Origin: Octopus vulgaris
Lineage: Eukaryota
Assembly (NCBI GenBank): GCA_951406725.2
Contig: OX597818.1
Span: forward strand, 5,456,001-5,520,000
Reading direction: 5' to 3'
Length of the DNA stretch: 64,000 nucleotides
Below the pieces are notes generated by a model. The model was not told the origin of the DNA. It saw only the letters and a list, made by a program, of their open reading frames with translations, and did no database searches. Below, piece by piece: positions 55,348 to 64,000 of the stretch (position 1 is the first letter of the stretch; every line of letters starts with the position of its first letter). Position numbers and translations under genes: made by a program.

Positions 55348-56773
55348 TTAACAATAAACAAGATGAGAACAAATATCCGTCGAATGTAAATAATGTAAAT
55401 AATTTACATAATTCTTCATCTCTTAAATATAGAACTGTAGTTCGTATTTGTTTATGTAAACAAACATTCTATGTGCTGTCGGTGCGAATGGCTTTGTTAT
55501 ACGGTGTCGTGTTTTACAATACTGTAAATAATAATAATGATTATTTATATAAGCCTGGCAATCACCGTGCAATGACTGAGGGAATTTGTCTAATATATAA
55601 ATACCATTATTATTATTTACAGGATTGTAAATCACGGCACCTTATAACAAAACCATTCGTAGCGAAAGCACATACAAAGTTTGTTTACATAAAGCAAATA
55701 CGAACTAATATATTTCTTAAATTTGAACGAAAGAAGCAAGCTAATTCGCTGGTGTGACTGTAACACACATAGTTACGTTAACAAAGAGAAGTGGGTTCGA
55801 GTCCCTCGTGGATAGAAAAGCCTTCGTCTCTGTCGAGGGCTTATATACCTCTTTATTAGACTACTTTCCTTAGTCATTACACCGTGATACTTTAAGCATA
55901 TATAAATGACATTTTTATTATTTACAGGATTGTAAAACAGGACGACGTATTACAAAACCATTCACATACATATAACGTGATTCGTTCATATATTTATGCT
56001 CTTGTATTTTCTTTCACATTTTTCTCTGCTAGAGCTATTGCAATATATTTCTATTATTCCATTGCGTGCCATTTGAAATGCTTAGCAATGCGTCTGGAAA
56101 ATATCGTCCCATATTTTGTATACTGTATTCTTGTTCCATCTGACGTAGTGAGACTTTTCAAAATTTGAAGAAATCGCAAATTAAATTCTAATATAAAACA
56201 TTATTCAGCTTACTGACACATAAATGTGTGTTTGGATTTTTTACAAATAATTTTCTTTCCATTTTTATTCGCAATTCATTCTTTTGAAGGCATTTATTTT
56301 CGAATAAAGACGCTTTCTCCTTGCCAAGAAAGATTCCTTCCAATTTTTTCATAATACAATCATCAGTATCTAAATAATTTGAAGTTGAATAGGAAAAGAG
56401 AATACAGAAATAAACTATAGCCTGAAGTTACATTTCTCTATAGCATTGGGGCTTATTATCTTACTATTTTTTTCTTTTACGCAATATTCACGGTGTTCCT
56501 TATTTCTAATACCATGCTCGTGTCACTGTCGAAAAGAAAACCTTAATGATATTATCATTTTGCTTCAGGGTTTGAAAACTGAGATAGCCAGCTAATCTAC
56601 CTTCAGGGAATTTTTGAAGTTGAAGCAGGTTGACTATTATTGACACAGAGCGCTATGACACAAAATAAAAGAAAAAGAAAAAGAAACCACTTCTATTCAG
56701 ATGTCGTTTATTTTATATTGATTTCAGAGTTTCAGTTTCAGCTGGTAAATATTTCCCGCAGCTAGTAGACACT

Positions 56774-56888
56774 ACACACACACGCACACACACACACACG
56801 CACGCACACACAAACACGCGCACACACACACACAGACACACACACACACACACACACAGACACACACAGACACACACACACACACACA

Positions 56889-56922
<34 letters not shown>
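56774..56922. repeat. (CA)n microsatellite
   Basis: Direct reading. Confidence 0.97.
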
Positions 56923-56925
<3 letters not shown>

Positions 56926-59364
56926 CTAAAGTGTAATAAATATGATACAGAAATAACGCGGAACAAGAGATAATGGAATATTTGATTAGGGATCATACAT
57001 ACGATATAAAAATGATAATACATATTAACAAGGTGGCATACATAATGCCGTACTCTGGATTATCATGATGGTGTTATTAATAATTTCACACATAGCAGTT
57101 AATGGCATAATTTATTGAACTTCAGGACAAGCAAATTCACCTAACTGTAGGATTGAACGAATGCCAAATGTATACTACGGCACTTGTGTCTGATATATTC
57201 TGTAATCATGATTTATATCTAGACGAACCGACTTAAATATTTTCAATAACAGGCGTCATTTTGAAATCATGAAATTCTAGCATATATTTCTGAAGTAACA
57301 TATAACATTCATAAATATGCACTTTAACATGTAAAGACTCTTTGCAAATCCATGTTTCAAAATACACAAATATATATATTTTCATTTTGGTTGATTTACT
57401 TTTGATCCGGAAGTGAACTCTAATTCAAATTTGTTCCAAAGGCGTTCCCGTTTTAACTAGTTTCTTATCCGTTGAAAATTCAAGAGGGCTTTGCTTTCTG
57501 ATAAACAGGTATGTTGTGTTATGCATTTCCATTGCAAGTTCGCATTAGTAAAAACATATTGCAGTGTTCCTTTAAATGTAGTTGCTCTTCTTCCTCGGCA
57601 CCTTCTGCATCGTCATTTACAAAGCATTGCTCAAATCGGCAAACTTTGTTAAATCATCATACCGCTAATGGTCACGTAGAAAGTCTGTGCGTATATGAGA
57701 TATTTGCTGATTTCATTTAACGTTTCAGAACAATGCAAAGGTGGTAAAAAGGCTAGGTGATGATGTAATGACGTGGTAATACCGGATCATATAGATAAAA
57801 TCATATTACTTTGGCTGCCAGATAAGAATGAGGATTCAAAGCTGTCTGAAACGATGAGAATTTAACTTATATTTCATGTGGAGTCACCAAACCAGCTTCA
57901 CCCTGCATACAAGATAATAAATGTACCAAAAGATATACTAGATACATTCTTTAAGAAACGTAGATCGACAATGGTGATCAGCATACAGCTGTACCACCGA
58001 TGTACGCCTGAAAACGGCGGCAAGACACCAGCAGTTAACGTTTGATGACATGAGGTGACTTTAGACAATCTGCGAGTAAGTCTTTATGCAAGCTCTCGAA
58101 ATAGACAACAAACGATCGTTACGGTAGCTCTGAAAATAAGTTATGTAAATTACAGCAATAATGTCAGTAACATAGTTGCCATTGTTCTTGTAAACGGTCC
58201 CAATGATAGTGGGTTGGATAAAGTCAAATGATATGAAACTGATACACTTTCAGCAATGAAAGAGTTTAGACAGAATCTTTGGATGTGATATTCACCAATG
58301 CTACACAATAGTGGTTGGTATGGTTCTGTATCCGGGGAATGGGCAAACAAATTAAAGCTCATCATTTGGCATGATCTCTACCTGCAAGAAAATCAAATCT
58401 ATTGTGACTTCGTGTATCGCCTTCTCACAGTGGAAAACGACTAAATTCAGTTGTCCAGTACATCAGTGAAGCACAGCAGGGAACAAATTATCATATCACT
58501 TCTAATATTCCCTACAGATATGGTCCGAAACAGATCTGTGAAGACGAAAACAGAAGAAATCTAATGGATTTGACGCCTGTAAAAAATTCAATAGAAAGTG
58601 TCACTAAGAATCAAATTGTAAATGATCTAACCAAATTTGAGAACAGCTTTGGCCCAATAAGAATCTCTTACAACATTCTGTTGCCGGAGTTTAAAGCATG
58701 AGTTACGTTACATTGTAATCGAGATTCTCTAAATGTTTGCAAAATCACAAGATTGGCTATAAAATATAATTGACTGTATTCCCTTGAAGTAACAATAGTG
58801 TCTGGAAAATTTCTATATGACAGTTACGTCATTACCAGAATACTACTGAAATCAACTAGTTTGCGATTCTACTTTCAAATATTTCCAACCTTTCTTTAAC
58901 AAAAGTTTACTATAACCATTCGTTAATATCAAACTTAAAACGAATTTAGCAAATCTAACGTTTCCACTTGGTTAGATTTGCATAGGTACTTCAAGAGTTG
59001 GGAAACTTCATTGATTTTTTATCTAAGTACGAAACTGCAAAATTAACATTATTGTTAATCTCGTAATCTATAGAATGGTGAGGTGAACAAGTATAATTTG
59101 ATATAAAATTCAATTTAACTTCAATATACAGAGTTCCTAATTACTTAGTTATATTGTTTGTAATACATGCGGAATTATTATTGCATTGTTTGTCAATAAA
59201 TTTGCCAGGATTCACTTAATTCCTCGCCTGTCGATATGTAATCTACAGATCAATTAAAGCTAATATAAAAAGCAAGGGTAGATATAAGAAGCAAGAGCAG
59301 ATATAAGTTCGCTTCAGCTCGCAATATATAGAAAAATATGACAACTCGTCACTGATATTCCAGC

Positions 59365-59730
59365 AAGCAAAATAGCCAGCTAAGGACATATCTATAAGAA
59401 ATGAAATTCATAGCTATACTGAGAAGTAATATTTATCGACAAATGGCCGTTCCGTAGAAACCGACATTTTACAGTTCTTAACCCCAGGAGAGCGAACTAC
59501 TGATATCTCTACCGGACGGCTGCCACCACTGACGATGAGAACAAATAGCTCGAAACCTGGCAGACTGGTGGTCACGTCGTCGTCACTAGAAGATGGTAGG
59601 TGTTTGCTCCCTTGCAATATATATTGGGTTCCTAAGGAACAGCCATGTTGTAGTGGTGATAAACTTTACTTCTCAGTTATAGTTACTACTTTCATCTCTT
59701 ATAGAAATTTTCGAAGTAGCTACTTTGCTT
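59365..59730 (+). other. 366-nt imperfect fold-back (rod) with apical hammerhead
   Basis: Nested complementary blocks 59365-76/59719-30, 59391-406/59690-705, 59418-29/59666-77, 59443-62/59627-46, 59490-97/59602-09. Confidence 0.85.
59515..59581 (+). ncRNA. Extended type I HHR with bulged stem I, extra U after A9 and GAC triplet
   Basis: GACGGC-T-GCCACCA-CTGACGA-T-GAG[aacaaatag]CTC-GAAAC-CTGGCA-GAC^TGGTGGT-CAC-GTCGTC. Confidence 0.75.
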
Positions 59731-59740
59731 ATTATTATTA

Positions 59741-59820
<80 letters not shown>

Positions 59821-59930
59821 ATTATTATTATCGTTGTTGTTGTTGTTGTTATCATTATTATTATTGAGTGAATGAACAGTGCATGCCATCAAAGTGACAC
59901 TGGGGTAAAATATACGAAGCCCAGTATGCC

Positions 59931-60000
<70 letters not shown>
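59729..60000. repeat. (ATT)n microsatellite tracts with a ~65-bp repeat fragment between
   Basis: Direct reading. Confidence 0.95.
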
Positions 60001-60003
<3 letters not shown>

Positions 60004-62680
60004 TAGTTTTATTTTTATAGCGTGCTTTCACTTCACTACCGAGCGCAGCTCTGTGTGCCTTGGGTATGTGCTGTGATTTGTTGTGATGCTCTGATGGTTA
60101 TTGTATGGAAAGTGTTCTGAGTAGGATGTGTGCAGTGCCTAGTAGTGCAATTTTCTGTATGTTATATGTGTTTGTAAGTCCGGGTGTTTTTGTTATGTAT
60201 TTGTCTGAATATTTTTTTATCATGCCTAATGCACCTACTAAGATAGGAATTGTTTCTGTTTTTAGATTCCACATTCTGGTTACCTCTATTTCCAGGTCTT
60301 TGTATTTTGAAAGTTTCTCCATTTATTTTAGAGACACGTTGTCATCCGCTGGTATTGATACATCAGTTAGGAAGAATTTTTTTCCTTCATGATCTCTGAC
60401 AACTATATCTGGTCTGTTGGCCTTATTTTCTCTATCTGTGTGTATCGGCATATCCCAGAGTATGGTTGCTTTCTCGTTTTCTGTGACCTTTTCTGGTGTG
60501 TGCCTATACCTTTTTTTTCTGTTGTTATTACATAATGTTGGCATAGCTTGCAGTGTATGTAGGTTCCAACTCTGTCATGTATGTGAATATATTCCTTCTT
60601 AGCCAGGACTGGGCAGCCAGAGATAATATGATTTATTGTTTCTTGTCCATCTCCACATATTCTTCAGTTACTCGTTATATTTCTTTTCATTACATGTTTT
60701 TGTTAATTTCTGGTGGGGAGGATTTGGTCTTGTGCTGCAATTAAAAATCCCTCTGTCTCTGCTTTGAGTCCTGAGCTTCTCAACCATTGCTAGGATTTTT
60801 CTTTGTCTATTTCTTTTGCGTTTAGTTTAGTCCAGTATTTACCATGAAGGGGCTTTTCTTGCCATCGTTTTATCATGGTTCGTTGCTGTTCTATTTTTAG
60901 TTTGGATTGCATTTCTTTTATAGCTTTTGTTGTTTCTTTATCTTCTTCTTCTTCTTCTTCTTCTTCTTCTTCTTCTTCTTCTTCTTCTTCTTCTTCTTCT
61001 TCTTCTTCTTCTTCTTCTTCTTCTTCTTCTTCATATTTATTAGGTGGTTTGATTTCTTGTTTGTATTTGTCAGCTTCCTTAAATACTGAGAACAGTTTTT
61101 TGTTTTGCTCGTGTTTTGCCGCTATTTGTATCAGTTTTCCTTCCTTCTGAAGTAGATATTTTTGCAGTCCAATGGTAGTTATTTTATAGTAGTTTTCCAG
61201 CTGTATAAGGCCTCTACCACCTTCTATACGTTGTATATATAGTCTTTCTATGTCAGATTTTGGGTGATGCATCCTAGACCCTGTCATTATTTTTCTTGTT
61301 TTCCTATCTATTTTGGTCAGTTCATTTAGTGTCCAGTTAATGTTATTTTAGCTGTAACTTATAACTAGGACGGCTAAAGTGTTAATACCTATTGTTATTA
61401 GCATTGAGCTCTGTTTTTAGTATTGATCTAACTCGTCTATAATATTCTTTTTTATTTTCTCTTTCATTTGTGTGTGTTGTGTCTTATCTAGTTCATGGAT
61501 TCCTAAGTATTTGTAAGTTTGGCTTTGGTCTAATTCTTTTATTTCATTGGTTTTATCTAGTGTGATGTTGGTACTCTTAACTAGTTTTCCTCTTTTCATG
61601 GTTACTTTGGCGCAATTTTCTAATCCAAATTTCATATCTATTTCTTTGGTAAATCCATGAACTGTCTTTAATAGTGTTTCCAGCTGTTTGTCATTTGCAG
61701 CGTATAGTTTTAGATCATCCATATATAAAAGGTGGCTGATCGTTTTGCCGTAACACTTATATCCGCATCCAGTTCTATTTAGCATATCAGATAGAGGTGA
61801 CAGTGCCAAGCAGAAAAGGAGTGGAGAGAGCGTGTCTCCCTGGAATATTCCTCTTCTAATGGGGATGGCTTTGGTTTTCATGAGTCCCTTTTTTGTTTGG
61901 AGTTGTAGCATTCTTTGCCATTTATTCATAGAGTGCCCTATGAATTTTATAATTGTTGGTGCTACTTTGTTAATGGCTAGTGTTTCGAGGATCCATGTGT
62001 GGGAGATGCTATCAAACGCCTTTTTGTAGTCGATCCAGGCCATACTGAGGCCTTTCTTCTTTCTGTGGCTGTCTTCAGTTACGGCTTTATTAATCATTAG
62101 TTGATCCTTACAGCCATATGAGCCTTTGCGGCATCCTTTCTGCTCTTCTGGAAACAGGTTGTTTTCGTCCAGGTGTTTGTTCAACCTTCGCGATATCACT
62201 GCAGTAAATGCCTTGTACATTGTAGGAAGACAGGTTATTGGTCTGTAGTCTTCTGGTTTTGCTGTCTCATTTGATTTGGGAATTAAGATGGTTTTCCCCT
62301 TCGTGAGCCATTCAGGCATTGTCTCTGGCTCTGCTAGTATGTTGTTAAAGTTTTCAGCCAGCTTTTTGTGCATTCCTGTTAGATATTTCAACCAGAAGTT
62401 GGGGATCTTGTTATGCCCAGGTGCCTTCCAGTTGCTTAGTTTTTGCAGTGCCTGGGTGACCTCTTCAGTTGTTATGGGGGTCCAAAGTTGCTCAGATGCT
62501 GAGTTTGTTATTTTGATACTCCTTTTGTTTTTGCTTGTTCGTTCGCCGACCATATTTCTCTCCAGAATTCTTCCACTTCTTCTGCCGTTGGTGCTGCAGT
62601 GATTTCTATTTTATTTTTGCCAAGTTCTTGGTAGAACTTTTTGTGGTTGGAGTTGAACTTTTTGTTGTGTTCAAAGAAGA
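60001..62680 (-). mobile_element. R4/Dong-type non-LTR retrotransposon (RT + CCHC + restriction-like endonuclease), 5' truncated, disrupted
   Basis: WKAPG, YRPITCL, EQKGC, WIDYKKAFDS, GIFQGDTLSPLLF, HLLYMDDLKLY, YKYLG, ILWD..ANRPDIVV, KLSKYKDL; (ATT)n on both sides. Confidence 0.93.
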
Positions 62681-62692
62681 TTATTATTATTA

Positions 62693-62760
<68 letters not shown>

Positions 62761-64000
62761 GTTCATATACACTCAACAGATTAGGATGTTGGAAATGAAA
62801 AGAATCCTAACATCGGCCTACAGCAAAGAACCCTCCGAAGTATTCTAGCTGTCCCTAATTACACTTTTCTGCAGCTGTAATAAACCGGGTATTATGCCTA
62901 TGTCTTCTATCCATCTGTTGCTCACATATTTAGTGAAAGTTCCCAATGCACCTATAACTATTGGGATACATATAACCCGCCCTTTCCATAGTCCCTGTAA
63001 TTCAATATTTAAGTCCTGGTACTTCACTATTTTTCTGTACTTCTCATATTAATGTTTTCATCATTTGGGACTGTATAAAGTCAATTGTCTGGCACTTTCT
63101 ATTCTCTTTATCTACTACTACCAAATCAGGCCTTCTAGCTTCTATCTCACTGTCAGTCTGAATGTTAAGTCACACAACATCATGTACTTCATACTTTCTA
63201 GTACTTTACTAGGTTCATGTTCATGCCTTTTATCTGTATGTTCAAATCCTATCTTCTTGCAAAGCTCCCAGTAAATTGCTCTCCCTAGATTGTCATGTCT
63301 TTACTTATATTCTTTCTGTGCCAGCATGCTACATTCCCTTACTATATGAGTAACGCTTTCCTCCTTTGATCTGCATATTCTACATTGGGAATATGTCTAT
63401 TTTGGCTTTTATCCAATTAGTCCCAAACGCTTGATTGTGTGCAGCTCCTAACAAACTTTCGGTCTCCCTCTGCAGCTTTCCCGTCGGCAACCATAACCAT
63501 GCCTCACTACTATTTACTGAAACTATCTTGGGGAATCTACCACGCAACGCCTTCTCCTGCCAGTGAGATAAGTTTTGGTTTTTTCTCTGGTTTTTAAGTT
63601 CGTTTGCTTTTTGGTTTCTCCATGTCTTGCTGTGAATCTAACAGCTTTTAAAAAACTTTCTTCACTATTAGCTACATAGGATTCTATACCTACTCTAGCG
63701 AACTCCATCCAGTCTTCAATTGATATTAACTCTCTTCCACCTGCCGCCTTTCTAGGTAGGTATAATCTTGCTACTCTTGTACATGGGTGGAATCCTCAAT
63801 TCATATTGAATTCCTTCCTAGTTTTTCTGTCTAGCTTTGCAAATTCAGTTTTTGTTCAAGCAACAAAAGCTGCTGAGTGTAAAAGTAATGAGCCTGCACA
63901 AGTATTTACAGCCTTCACTAGATTCGAACCATTCATCTCTGACTTCATTAGCTTCTTTCACACTTCTGATCTACTCAGTTGTCGTTTTCATTTCTATATT
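62761..64000 (-). mobile_element. Second, older R4/Dong-type LINE 3' portion (runs off window)
   Basis: RLYLPRKAAGGRELI, KYQDLNIELQGLWK..IPIVIGALGT; abuts (ATT)n 62680-62760. Confidence 0.85.

Larger units (their letters stand above)
54870..55437. mobile_element. Head-to-head pair of tRNA-derived SINEs carrying a minimal hammerhead, with 12-bp TSD
   Basis: Minus copy 54870-55170 (A box TGGCGTAGTGA, B box GTTCGTTTCC), plus copy 55173-55436; TSD TAGTTCGTATTT at 54858-54869 and 55438-55449. Confidence 0.85.
54680..55965. mobile_element. Inverted pair of partially tandem ~305-bp units with internal tRNA-like head, interrupted by nested insertion
   Basis: Plus unit 55600-55965 (ATTTACAGGATTGTAAA at ~55615 and ~55920; B box GGTTCGAGTCC 55794-55804); minus unit 54680-54869 + 55438-55590. 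Confidence 0.75.

Noticed and set aside
55745-55812. tRNA gene
   Set aside because: Imperfect cloverleaf embedded in a repeated unit; SINE-like head
58150-58381. Coding exon after a strong minus-strand acceptor
   Set aside because: All three frames hit a stop within ~30 nt of the acceptor; the downstream 71-aa ORF has no recognisable motif

Overview
AT-rich eukaryotic DNA saturated with microsatellites and repeats. The SINE families and (TA)n/(AAT)n density suggest an octopus-like cephalopod (inference). No intact host protein-coding gene is supportable; most ORFs in the track are microsatellite artefacts. Recognisable content: decayed Penelope-like elements (PLEs; RT and GIY-YIG fragments), an RTE LINE, three R4/Dong-type RLE LINE pieces in (AAT)n, Helitron pieces, a mariner remnant, a MITE and several tRNA-derived SINEs. 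The main signal is about 15 type I hammerhead ribozyme (HHR) motifs read by eye on both strands. They occur in (i) three diverged copies of an ORF-less, partially tandem 546-581 bp structured unit (retrozyme-like), (ii) a 366-nt rod-like fold-back with an HHR at its apex (59365-59730), (iii) a tRNA-headed SINE carrying a minimal HHR, and (iv) PLE 3' ends. Their cores show all four Watson-Crick combinations at the tertiary 3-8 pair. All pairings were worked out by hand; nothing was computed or searched.
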